Shown: positions 10,207 through 19,540 of the stretch, one piece after another
Position numbering within the stretch: position 1 is the stretch's first letter
Layout: every line of letters begins with the position of its first letter
From: an uncultured delta proteobacterium
GTDB lineage: Bacteria; Bdellovibrionota; FAC87; UBA2466
Assembly (NCBI GenBank): GCA_963778115.1
Contig: CAVZSV010000004.1
Location: 448,001 to 512,000, forward strand
DNA: 64,000 nucleotides
Direction of reading: 5' to 3'
The notes under the pieces: generated by a model
Database searches by the model: none
The model's input: the letters and a program-made list of their open reading frames with translations, nothing else
What the model was told of the DNA's origin: nothing
Made by a program: the position numbers and the translations under genes

Positions 10207-11144
10207 GTTCGCGGGTTGAAAGGATTGTCTTTAAGCTTCTCCGCACTTTCGATGTAGTCTTGGTCAGGCGTCTTTGGAATTCGTATTACAAGCTCCACAT
10301 ACTCGTCCCCCCGCGCTGCATCTTTTGCACTTTTGATCCCTTTACCCGCCAATTTTAAGCGTTGTCCGCTGGATACCCCTTTAGGGATTTTCATTAAGAC
10401 CGTGTTGTCTAAGGTGGGAACGCTCACTTCTGCTCCCAAAACGGCTTCGCTAAAAGTAATGGGTAGCTTCACAATGACATGGGAACCTTCCCTGACGAAT
10501 TGGGGATGTGTCGAAACCTCCAAGTGCAAGATGAGATCTCCGTTAGGTCCACCTCCCATTCCGGGTTCTCCTTGACCCGAGAGCTTAATTTTCGACCCGG
10601 TCTCAACCCCTTCAGGAATCATTACCGTGAGTCGCTTTCCGTCTTCCATTTCCAGCATTCGGCTGCCCCCACGAGCGGCTTCCACGAAGGAGATAGTGAG
10701 TTTAGCTTCACGATCGGAACCTTTTCGAACAAACGCGGGGGCGCCTCTTCTTTTGGAGCGTCCGCCACGCATGTTACCCATCCCTCCCATGCCTCCAGAT
10801 TGGCCAAAAATCTCTTCAAAGAGATCGCCCAAACCAAAATCCGCAAAAGCTTCGGGGTTAAATCCGCCCATTCCGCCAGCCGGTCCTCCCCCAGGTCCCC
10901 CGTGGGAACTGCGCGCGAATGGATTAGCACCCGCGGCTCGCATCTGGTCGTACTTCGCCCGTTTCTGCGGATCTTTTAGAACTTCATAAGCGAGGTTAAC
11001 CTCTTTAAACTTCAGCTCAGCCTCTTTGTTGTTTGGGTTTACATCGGGATGAAATTTCTTGGCGAACTTGTGGAATGCCTTTTTTATCTCCTGCTCTGTG
11101 GCATTTCGCTTAACTCCAAGAGTTTCGTAAAGATCGTGTTCCAA
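10203..11144 (-). CDS. J-domain co-chaperone, CbpA/DnaJ class II (no zinc finger)
   Basis: J domain with HPD, G/F-rich linker, DnaJ C-terminal domain, no CxxCxGxG repeats; TTG start. Confidence 0.93.
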   Translation of the reverse strand: MEHDLYETLGVKRNATEQEIKKAFHKFAKKFHPDVNPNNKEAELKFKEVNLAYEVLKDPQKRAKYDQMRAAGANPFARSSHGGPGGGPAGGMGGFNPEAFADFGLGDLFEEIFGQSGGMGGMGNMRGGRSKRRGAPAFVRKGSDREAKLTISFVEAARGGSRMLEMEDGKRLTVMIPEGVETGSKIKLSGQGEPGMGGGPNGDLILHLEVSTHPQFVREGSHVIVKLPITFSEAVLGAEVSVPTLDNTVLMKIPKGVSSGQRLKLAGKGIKSAKDAARGDEYVELVIRIPKTPDQDYIESAEKLKDNPFNPRT

Positions 11145-11280
11145 GTGGGGATATCCTTTTTAGTTCCTTTTCGCGCTTGAGATATAATAACAAGACGCCG
11201 TTTTTACTTTTTCTTATATTAGGCATCTTTTCTTATTTGGCTACCCCGGCGCAAATTGACTGAGGGCTACTGAGGGTTAA

Positions 11281-13350
11281 ATGAACCGAAAGCTAGTGAT
11301 TCTCTTGGTTTCTTTGCTTTTCGGGCTTTGCGCTCAACTAACGCTAGCGCCCAAAATCGCCCGGGCCACTTCTACCGATACCGATCCCAAGCATGTCAAA
11401 GCGCCCGGATCGGCACCCGAGACTCCGGCGGCAAACGCCTCTGGGAATGACACGGCGATCGGCGTCAGGGCGACCGCAACGCCCTCTCCCAACGGCTCTA
11501 ATGACGACGAGCGTACTAAGCTGCGGGTACAGAGTAGGGATCCATTCACGCCCTCGCCCTGCGAGAACGCCCACGTCATTGATAAACTAACCACGCTTAG
11601 CCGGGACTACGCCGTTCAAGCCGGTCCCCAGGGTGGAGTTTTCTTTCTTTCAGACAGGTCTGGAACCCCTCAAGTGTATTTTCAGACGACAGCCCACGGT
11701 CCTGCCCTAAGGCTCACGATATTGCCAGCAAAGGCGCAGACTGCGGTAAAAGGCTTTCAGGTCAGCCCCCGAGGAGATTATCTGCTCTTGCTGACCCAAA
11801 ATGATAAAAATGAGGAGTCTCTTTTTCTAACCACTCCCAAAGCCTCTCCCGCCACTGCTCTTGTCAGTGCTAAAACGATTTCCAGTTTTTTCTGGAGCGC
11901 AAATCAAACTAACTTCTTTTTTACCGAAGCCTCACAGGCCAAGGAGACGGCTCTGTTGCGGTACGATCTCAAAACTCAAAAGAAGACTCTCTTGACCCGA
12001 CTACGAGGATTTCAGCGAATTACCGATATTTCTCCCAACGGAAATCTTATTGCTTTGGAGAATCGCCGAAGTGCGACCGATAGCGATCTTTATACGTGGA
12101 ATCTTTCAACAGCGCAGCTAACGAAAATGGACCATCCAGAAGCAGAGGTTGGCTACCGAGCAGGCAAGTTCACCGCGGATTCCAAAAACCTTCTCTTTCT
12201 AAGCGATCAAGAACGAGGCATCTGGCGCCTCTATAGACTGGCTTTGTCGAAACCCGATTCCCCCGTACCCTTCACGACCGGGGCATGGGGAGTGGATCAG
12301 TACCAATTGGACGCTTCGCGAACTCAAGCAGTACTCACCATCAACGAGGAAGGTTACTCGCACTGGGAAGGGTATGAACTCGATGCCCAAGGGGAGAAGA
12401 AGAAATTATTACTCCTTCCTAGCGAACGAACGGCTGTGGTCACCTCTTTGTCCCTCAGCGATTCCGAAAAAGGAACCACCCTTTTTTACTCAAGAGGGAG
12501 TTCGACTCAAACAGAACAGATTCGCGCCTGGAGAGAACTAAAAGAAACGACGTGGACCGAAGCTTCTCGAGACTCCGTCGACCCCCAGTGTTTGATTGAG
12601 CCTATTCTCGTCCACTACCCTAGCTTCGATAAGAGACAGATTTCCGGTTTTCTTTTTAAACCTAAAAACTCTCCGCGATTGCCGTCGGCGGTAATTATGG
12701 CAGTAGAGGAGATTTCAAAACAGTTCCGCCCCCTCTTCTGTCTGCAAGCCCAATACTTGTCGGCTCGCGGCTACGAAGTGCTCATTCCCAACGTTCGAGG
12801 AAGCAGCGGATACGGAACCCTATTTTCCCACCTCGACGATAGAGAACTTCGGCTAAATGCCGTACGCGATCTCGCAGAAGGGTCTTACTGGCTGCAAGAA
12901 CAGGAGTTGGCCAACCCCAACGAGATTATGGCCTTTGGGACCCATTACGGCGGATTTACCGTATTACGCGCCCTACAAATAGCACCCCAAGCCTTTAAGG
13001 CGGCGGCAGTGGCAGATCCCATCTTGAACTTTTCGGATTACCTTTCGTCTTTGGGTGGCCAACAACGATCGGAAATGGAAATAGAGTTAGGCGCTGTTAC
13101 GGACGAACCGCTTCTCAAGGAGCTATCAGCAGTAACTCATCTTAGCGATATCAAGACTCCGCTAATTGCGTTTACCTCGAACGCCCCTGCTAATGCCAAA
13201 CAAATCTGGTGGCAGGTTTTAGAAGACAAGCCCATTATTTTTGAAGGACGACAGATCGCATCTGACAAGACAGAATCGGAAATTCGATTCGAACAAATTC
13301 GCAATAGTACTTATTTCTTTGAGCAACAGAAAAAGAAAAAGGGCTCCTGA
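11281..13350 (+). CDS. Exported S9 (prolyl oligopeptidase) family homolog, beta-propeller plus alpha/beta hydrolase, probably inactive
   Basis: Signal peptide, TolB/PD40-like repeats (FLSDRSG, FLSDQER), PNVRGSSGYG; nucleophile elbow reads GTHYGG. Confidence 0.85.
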   Translation: MNRKLVILLVSLLFGLCAQLTLAPKIARATSTDTDPKHVKAPGSAPETPAANASGNDTAIGVRATATPSPNGSNDDERTKLRVQSRDPFTPSPCENAHVIDKLTTLSRDYAVQAGPQGGVFFLSDRSGTPQVYFQTTAHGPALRLTILPAKAQTAVKGFQVSPRGDYLLLLTQNDKNEESLFLTTPKASPATALVSAKTISSFFWSANQTNFFFTEASQAKETALLRYDLKTQKKTLLTRLRGFQRITDISPNGNLIALENRRSATDSDLYTWNLSTAQLTKMDHPEAEVGYRAGKFTADSKNLLFLSDQERGIWRLYRLALSKPDSPVPFTTGAWGVDQYQLDASRTQAVLTINEEGYSHWEGYELDAQGEKKKLLLLPSERTAVVTSLSLSDSEKGTTLFYSRGSSTQTEQIRAWRELKETTWTEASRDSVDPQCLIEPILVHYPSFDKRQISGFLFKPKNSPRLPSAVIMAVEEISKQFRPLFCLQAQYLSARGYEVLIPNVRGSSGYGTLFSHLDDRELRLNAVRDLAEGSYWLQEQELANPNEIMAFGTHYGGFTVLRALQIAPQAFKAAAVADPILNFSDYLSSLGGQQRSEMEIELGAVTDEPLLKELSAVTHLSDIKTPLIAFTSNAPANAKQIWWQVLEDKPIIFEGRQIASDKTESEIRFEQIRNSTYFFEQQKKKKGS

Positions 13351-13364
13351 CGAATCAGAAGCCC
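13330..13364 (-). terminator. Rho-independent terminator on the minus strand
   Basis: Minus strand GGGCUUCUGA-UUCG-UCAGGAGCCC-UUUUUCUUUUU: 10-bp stem with one G-U pair, UUCG loop, long U tract. The plus-strand fold has a C-A mismatch. Confidence 0.85.
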
Positions 13365-13596
13365 CTTTTCAAATATGCCACGGGAAATTTACGTCATGTT
13401 GCTATCACGTTGCCATCAAGTTGCTCTTAAAGAAGTTATCAATGTTGTTTCTCAGATGTTGTCTTGTTGTGAATCATGCTGAACATCTAAGAAGGATCAA
13501 GTTGTGTTACGTTATGTATGTTGTTTATGTCGTTTCTAGCTGTGTCTATGTTGTCTTTCCCTAGGCCGTGTCCTTGTTCTGGTGTTAGCTCTCACT
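13335..13596 (-). ncRNA. Candidate ~260-nt sRNA with repeated CAAC-type motifs
   Basis: Bounded by a sigma54 promoter and an intrinsic terminator; no credible ORF on this strand; A/C-rich with about a dozen CAAC-type motifs. Confidence 0.6.
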
Positions 13597-13606
13597 GATT
13601 TAGAAT

Positions 13607-13623
13607 TGCATTGGCTGTGCCAA
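13607..13623 (-). promoter_or_regulatory. Sigma54 (-24/-12) promoter
   Basis: Minus strand TTGGCACAGCCAATGCA (GG-N10-GC); IHF-consensus match TATCAAAGGTTTA at 13723-13735. Confidence 0.75.
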
Positions 13624-13820
13624 AATTTGTGACCTGTGATCATTGGGAAAATACCCCCGGCAAATGCTGTCATTTGTGGAATCCGCTGACATGCACTAAG
13701 AGTGGTCAAAAACCATTCATGATATCAAAGGTTTAAATTGTCCAATGTTTGGTTAGGTTCCCTAAGCCTGTCTGCATACACGACACACAGGGGGAAGGGC
13801 TTAGCGAAACTGGAGGGTGA

Positions 13821-14937
13821 TTACCCTTCGAATTCGATGGCGAGCAGAAGGCCTACGGCCTGCAGAACGAAGGGGGTCTGTTGAAGGGAGAGTTCGTATC
13901 TAAGACGAATAGATAGGTCGGTAAGGTACCCTACGTTGATTCGATAGCCTAAGCCGCCCTGGACCCCCATAGCCGATAGGTTAGAGGCAGTTTGAACCGT
14001 CGTTACACTGCTAGGGAGGTAACTAATCCCTAGGCCGAAGGCATATTGAATCCCCGCGAAAAACTCAAAAGGGCGCACAATTAAAGTAGGAACCAAGGCC
14101 ACATCCAAGAAATTAAACCCGTAAGAGGGGCCGCTTGGATTCGTAAGTGTCGATGTCGATGCATTGATTTGCGAGAACATCACTTCTAGACGAACTGGCA
14201 ACGCAGGAGTTAAGAAGAGCCCCACATATCCCCCCCCCAATAAATCCGAGTCCCGTGTAGTTGGTCCCCTCAAGTAAAGAAGACTGACGAACAATGCCGT
14301 AATTCATACCTCCTTCAAGTCCGTACAAGAAAGTGGGAGCGCGTCTTAGGAGTAGCGCTTCATCTTGGGGAACTACCACCTTCTCCGGTTTCTCTTGCTC
14401 TTTCTTGGGATGAAGATTGGGAGCGTTGGAATCGGCGGCGTCATCGTTGTCGGTGGGTTCAGATTCCGCTTCGTTGGCCGAATCACTCTCCCCGGCGTCG
14501 GCAAGTCCCCGCTTTTTCGACTTCACTTTGCTCACACGGGGCGCTAGGGCAGACTCTTTCACCCAACCATCCAAGGTCTCGCCGGTCTCCAGCTCCATCG
14601 TGACTCGTCGATACCCTTCCTCTTTTTGGGGCTGCAACTGAACCAGAGTTCCGGCGGGAATGCGTCCCAGCGAATCAGACTCCGCCGCAGGCTCGCTTCT
14701 CAGATCGGTAACCGTATTGATGCGGACCAAGCCTTTTGTCTTCTTGGCCATAACCGGCGTGGCGTACAAGGAAAGTAGAGCCACCCAGAAAACAAAGAGA
14801 AAGCTTAGCGGGAAAACGCTGCCACCAATTCCACGTGTTTGGTATGGGGAAACATGTCTAAGGGCTGTAACGAACGAAAAGCGAACCCCTGGGTCGACAG
14901 CGCTTTGACGTCTTGAGAAAAAGTTAGTGGCGAACAT
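13821..14937 (-). pseudogene. SH3b-domain plus outer-membrane beta-barrel protein, split by a frameshift in a G9 tract (start codon uncertain)
   Basis: The 14113-14937 frame gives a signal-like segment, SH3b (LRSEP....LGRIPAG...GWV) and first barrel strands. The 13821-14294 frame gives the remaining strands. Removing one G at 14230-14238 fuses them as GFIGGGYVGLFLT. Confidence 0.75.
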
Positions 14938-15902
14938 GAGACGTAAATTATGGATTCGAGTTGGGGATGAATGAATGAAATCAATTCCCTACCCACGCCC
15001 GCGCGGGGAGGATCTAGTACCAGTGTATCATAGCGGCCTTGAAAGCCCTGGGGTATTTTTTGGAGCACAGCTCCGCTAATCTGCCCCCGGATAAAGCAGG
15101 CGCCCGCTAACTTTCTGCCTCTAGCCCTTTCCAAAGCGGCTTCACTTACGTCGATACCCAGGACTTGCGATACCGTGGGACTATAGGCCTCGGTCAAATT
15201 TCCGTCTCCGCAATAGAGTTCGAGAACTAGCTTTCCTTCTGATTCCGTGACCCGATCTTTGACGAGTCGCTTTAAAATTTCATTTCCCAACGAATTCACC
15301 TGCCTGAAACCGCCAACACCGTGGGGGCTGTCTTGAAAGCTCTCTACATCACCACTCTCGGTGACGCTCAGCTCAATTTTGCGACGTGGCGTTGCTACGT
15401 CCGACTCCATTCTAAGACGCGAAATCTCCCTATTCAAAGAAGGGTGAGCCATCCGGCAAGATTCGATGGCAACCATTTCGTGCGATCCCTTTTTTTGAAA
15501 ACCCACCCGATTGCCTTCCTGACGAAGTTGGATACGATTGCGATACAGCTCTTTTTGGGGGGATTCTAAAATCGGAAATACTTTTTCGGGAAGAAGGCGG
15601 GCTCTTGATAGGATGTGAGCGATGGATTCTTCTTTAGCGCGCAATTGGCTTGAGTATTCCCAGTGGAGCCAATCACAGCCACCGCACTCCGGAAAATGAG
15701 GGCACGCAGGCGCCACTCTGTGCGCGGAAGGCTTTACGACTTCGATCATCAAAGCGTCTCGATAACGCTTTGATGACTTTGACTCTACGAGTACCGTGTC
15801 ACCCGGAAGGGCACCTTCGACAAAATAAATATTCTTGGCTTCGTCAAAGCCAACGCCTTGCCCGTTAAGTCCGGTCCTCATAATTTCGATTTGAGCTAAC
15901 AT
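14805..15902 (-). CDS. RlmD/TrmA-family RNA (uracil-5)-methyltransferase with TRAM domain
   Basis: CPHFPECGGC Fe-S motif, ELYCGDGN, LDPPRAG, YVSC, DMFPHTKHVE. Confidence 0.93.
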   Translation of the reverse strand: MLAQIEIMRTGLNGQGVGFDEAKNIYFVEGALPGDTVLVESKSSKRYRDALMIEVVKPSAHRVAPACPHFPECGGCDWLHWEYSSQLRAKEESIAHILSRARLLPEKVFPILESPQKELYRNRIQLRQEGNRVGFQKKGSHEMVAIESCRMAHPSLNREISRLRMESDVATPRRKIELSVTESGDVESFQDSPHGVGGFRQVNSLGNEILKRLVKDRVTESEGKLVLELYCGDGNLTEAYSPTVSQVLGIDVSEAALERARGRKLAGACFIRGQISGAVLQKIPQGFQGRYDTLVLDPPRAGVGRELISFIHPQLESIIYVSCSPLTFSQDVKALSTQGFAFRSLQPLDMFPHTKHVELVAAFSR

Positions 15903-16528
15903 GAAAGAACTTTAAGAACTTCGTTCGCTAAGACTTCCGGCGAGGGTACCTTAAGCCTTCCTTCTTCAACGTCGCTACCTAGAAAAAGGGCCCCCCATGC
16001 CTCCAATTGCTTTTTATTTTCTAAATATTTCGGGTGCCGACTTAAAACGACATTCATAGTAGGAACAAAAAGTAGAGGCGTTTTCTTTCCGATCTGACTT
16101 GCGATTAGCATGGTCACCGCATTATCCGCAATTGCGCTAGCCGCTTTGCTGATGGTGTTTAAGGTAGCGGGAACTATTACGACTAATGAAAAATCATCAA
16201 AATGCTCCACCTCAGAATCGAGACTCCGCACGACCTGGTGGCCCGAAGCCCATTCGACGGGCAGCGGGGTAATGAATTGTGCAACGCTTGGAGTAAAAAA
16301 GGCTGTGATATCGGCGCCATGTCGACGTAATTCTCTTATGATTTTGACAACCTCAACGGATCCAATGCCTCCACACACGCCAACGGCAATGGAGTGACCC
16401 GACAGGCGATTCGACTTCAATTCAACGCTCTTGTCCTCTAATGGAGACGTTTTACGGATGCTAGGGACCGTGCCGCGGACCGGCGTGGTTTGATTCAAAG
16501 CTTTCTTACGTGGGGGGGGTTTTGCCAT
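15896..16528 (-). CDS. HFCD flavoprotein, stand-alone phosphopantothenoylcysteine decarboxylase (CoaC)-like
   Basis: GVCGGIG, EH, PATLNTISK, IADN, PTMN; no CoaB domain. Confidence 0.85.
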   Translation of the reverse strand: MAKPPPRKKALNQTTPVRGTVPSIRKTSPLEDKSVELKSNRLSGHSIAVGVCGGIGSVEVVKIIRELRRHGADITAFFTPSVAQFITPLPVEWASGHQVVRSLDSEVEHFDDFSLVVIVPATLNTISKAASAIADNAVTMLIASQIGKKTPLLFVPTMNVVLSRHPKYLENKKQLEAWGALFLGSDVEEGRLKVPSPEVLANEVLKVLSC

Positions 16529-16667
16529 GTTTTCGTCCCTTCGGGGTCCCGTTCCCAGGTCTTTTAACAGTAAATTCGTCGAGATCTCAATGCTTAAAGC
16601 ACGAAGGCTCTTGTGACGATGTTCAGGTTATGTTAAGACCTTGCCTTAATTGAAGTGAGGAGGTCTC

Positions 16668-17021
16668 ATGGGAGAGATTGTTCTATACGCGAAAAAAAGC
16701 TGTTCCCAGTGCAAGAAGGCAATCGCGTTTCTAAATCGAAAAGGTGTCGCTTATCAACTTAAGGACATCGTGCATGAGCCCCCGCCAAGAAGCTTGCTCG
16801 AAAAAGTTATCAAGGCTGAAAATATTTATGCGAGCCTTAATCAGAGAAGCACTACGTATCGGGAAAACCATTTGGGCAAGCGCCGAACTACGAAGAACGA
16901 AGCGATCCGTTTAATGCTGAAAGATCCGAATCTGATCAAGCGTCCCCTCATCATTAAAGACAATCGTGCCTATCAAGGATTCGAAGAAGATACTCTTCTC
17001 GACTTTGTCGTTACCGAATAG
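16668..17021 (+). CDS. ArsC/Spx/YffB family protein
   Basis: CSQCKKA and PNLIKRP; SD GAGGAGG. Confidence 0.9.
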   Translation: MGEIVLYAKKSCSQCKKAIAFLNRKGVAYQLKDIVHEPPPRSLLEKVIKAENIYASLNQRSTTYRENHLGKRRTTKNEAIRLMLKDPNLIKRPLIIKDNRAYQGFEEDTLLDFVVTE

Positions 17022-17058
17022 TCAAATGATAGCCGTTTGAATGTGAAAGAGCATAACG

Positions 17059-18720
17059 CTATGCCTGCGCCTGATGGAGGACTGCGGGTATTCTTTCGCG
17101 TTCTGGAATACTGAAATAAAAGCGAGCCCCTTTTCCCGGATAGGATTCGACCCAAATTTTTCCCCCGTGGCCTTCTACGATCTTCTTGCAGATGGCGAGG
17201 CCTATCCCGGTACCCGGATAATCTTCTCGGCTGTGAAGTCTTTGGAAAATAACAAAAATTCTCTCTGAGAATTTCGAATCGATTCCAATCCCATTGTCGC
17301 TAACGCAGAAAAGCCACTCCCCTGCTCGCTTCATCGATTCGATCTGAACGACCGGCTTATCAGCCCCTCTAAATTTGATGGCATTACTGACTAAATTTTG
17401 CAGCAACTGAGTCATCTGTGTCGGATCCACCATTAATGTCGGCATGGGGTTTCGTTCTACGATAGCCCCTGACTCCTGAATACTAAACTGCAGATTATAA
17501 ATGACCCTATCTAAAAGAAGGTCGCAGTTGGTGGGCAATAGTTTTTTATTCTTAGAAGTTCCGACGCGAGAGTAGATTAACAGGTCGTTAATCAGATCGT
17601 ACATTCGCACAGCACCTCCGACGGCGTAATCTATGTATTCGTCGGCATCGCGATCAAGTTTTCCTTTATATTTCTTTTCAAGAAGCTGAACGAAATGTGT
17701 CACCATTCTAAGCGGCTCTTTGAGATCGTGAGAGGCCACGTATGCGAATTGGACCAACTGTTCATTGGAACGCGCCAACTCCTCGGCTTGGCGCTTGAGA
17801 TCCTCTTCTGCTTTTTTGCGAGCGCTAAAGTCATGCATCACCATCAACAAGCCCATGGGGCCCCCGTCTTTATCTTTCAGGACTTTTACACTAAGAGCGA
17901 CGTCCAGCCGTTTGTCCCCTTTTCCGAAGGTCACACGCTCGCCACTCCAAGCCCCACCCAATTTCAAGACGGTGAAAAAGCGAGTCTCGTCATCCTCGCC
18001 TTCATTGAACTTTAAGACGTCGTGTTTGGGCCTGCCCATCACCTCTTCAGACGTATATCCCAAGAGTTTTTCCGCCCCTTTGTTCCAGTAGGTGATGTGA
18101 TGGTCGAGGTCGGTGGCGATAAGAGCATCGCTTACTTGTGCCAACATTTGGGCGTGCAGTTCGATCTGACGATCCATCTGCTTGCGTTCACCAATATTGC
18201 GGATAATTCCCGATAGCCCTATGACTTCTCCTCGCGCATTTTTTAACGGCGAGATAGTGACCGATACATCAATGAGGCTGCCGTCCTTGCGCAAGCGGAC
18301 CGTTTCGAAGGCATCGACGGCTCCTCCTCCCATGACGGTATTAATTAGCCCCCTAAGTTCAGAGCGCTTTTCGTCGGGGACAAAGGTGTCGATCGATCTT
18401 CCAATGATCTCTTCGCGCGAAAAGCCGAAGAGTTTGACGGCTGCCGCATTCCAGCTCTTCACGTTGCCCTTAAGATCAAAGGCTAAAATGGCGTCGTTCG
18501 AATAACGGACAATGGCCGCGAGGGGGCCATAATTCTCATGGGAAAAATCAATTTCATCTACTTGTCTAGTATTCCCCAACGGACTTTGTGGTTGAGCTGG
18601 TACCTGCGGATGAGCTTCCGCCGGCGATTTCTCACTGGGCTTGCCCCCCGATCGGTGAAGTGGCTTGATCGGTCCGAAAAGCTTCAGCACCGCTGCCATA
18701 GCTCGAATCGCCGGAATCAT
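17059..18720 (-). CDS. Cytoplasmic PAS-PAS sensor histidine kinase (start uncertain)
   Basis: Two PAS/PAC domains; H-box ASHDLKEPL, N-box NLVSNAIKF, DNGIGI, GTGIGLA. Confidence 0.93.
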   Translation of the reverse strand: MIPAIRAMAAVLKLFGPIKPLHRSGGKPSEKSPAEAHPQVPAQPQSPLGNTRQVDEIDFSHENYGPLAAIVRYSNDAILAFDLKGNVKSWNAAAVKLFGFSREEIIGRSIDTFVPDEKRSELRGLINTVMGGGAVDAFETVRLRKDGSLIDVSVTISPLKNARGEVIGLSGIIRNIGERKQMDRQIELHAQMLAQVSDALIATDLDHHITYWNKGAEKLLGYTSEEVMGRPKHDVLKFNEGEDDETRFFTVLKLGGAWSGERVTFGKGDKRLDVALSVKVLKDKDGGPMGLLMVMHDFSARKKAEEDLKRQAEELARSNEQLVQFAYVASHDLKEPLRMVTHFVQLLEKKYKGKLDRDADEYIDYAVGGAVRMYDLINDLLIYSRVGTSKNKKLLPTNCDLLLDRVIYNLQFSIQESGAIVERNPMPTLMVDPTQMTQLLQNLVSNAIKFRGADKPVVQIESMKRAGEWLFCVSDNGIGIDSKFSERIFVIFQRLHSREDYPGTGIGLAICKKIVEGHGGKIWVESYPGKGARFYFSIPERERIPAVLHQAQA

Positions 18721-18874
18721 CCGCCCCCCTCCTTTTTTCGTAATCTTCTATTTATATGATTTTTTTCAGGGGAAATATCAAGTGGAAAATAGCCCCAGGG
18801 GATGGAAGCAGTCTTTGGAAATTCCTCGCCTTTTTCCTCCCTTGTGGTCCTTTCCAAAGCGTACAAAGTGGCGT

Positions 18875-19480
18875 ATGGCTCGTAGAGTGAAAACTCAATC
18901 TTCTTTAGCGGGTCGGCTTTTTCTTTCACTTAGCCTAATCATTTTCTTTGGCGCGAATAAAGGGAGTGCTCTGCCATCGGTTCTTCGAGGAATCGATTTG
19001 CGCTCTGGCACCGAGACAGAAATTCCTCTGACCTCTCCCGACAAGAAAGGAACCGTGCTGGTCTTTCTTTCCATCGAATGCCCCTGCTCACAGAGCCACC
19101 AACCTCCCTTGGCCGAGCTCGCAGCACAGCACCCCGAATTTACGTTCGTGGGAATTCACTCCAATAAAGAAGAGCCCCTGTCGGAAACCAGAAAGTTTTT
19201 CTCAGACCCCAAGGATCCTAAGCGATGGCTTCCGTTTCCCGTCTTAGAAGATAAGGGGCAAGCCATAGCGAACGAAGAAGAGATAAAAGCATTTAAGACT
19301 CCCCATGTCTTTGTCGTCGATAGCAAAGGAAGCATTGTCTATAGAGGGGCCATGGACAACAGTCACGAGGCATCCACCGCAAAAAAACACTACCTAGCGA
19401 TGGCACTCGATGCTATCGTCTCCGGCCACAATCCAGATCCGGAAGAAGTCCCCCCGTTAGGGTGTGTCATTTCCCGCTAA
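18875..19480 (+). CDS. Exported redoxin (AhpC/TSA-like) protein
   Basis: Signal-like N-terminus, VFLSIECPCS, TPHVFV, YRGAMDN, C-terminal GC. Confidence 0.85.
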   Translation: MARRVKTQSSLAGRLFLSLSLIIFFGANKGSALPSVLRGIDLRSGTETEIPLTSPDKKGTVLVFLSIECPCSQSHQPPLAELAAQHPEFTFVGIHSNKEEPLSETRKFFSDPKDPKRWLPFPVLEDKGQAIANEEEIKAFKTPHVFVVDSKGSIVYRGAMDNSHEASTAKKHYLAMALDAIVSGHNPDPEEVPPLGCVISR

Positions 19481-19540
19481 CGAAACTTTGGATGGCTCTA
19501 TTATTACGTTGCAGCAGCGAAAGCAGCACGAGGTGTCACT

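Noticed and set aside
13390..13560. CAAC repeats as a CRISPR array or iterons
   Set aside because: Units are only 8-11 nt, degenerate and irregularly spaced, with no spacers and no cas or rep gene.
13241..13564. 107-aa plus-strand ORF over the repeat-rich region
   Set aside because: It overlaps the S9 gene end, crosses a terminator hairpin, and its V/C/Y/L bias is what the GTTG repeats would produce. Promoter and terminator point to the minus strand.
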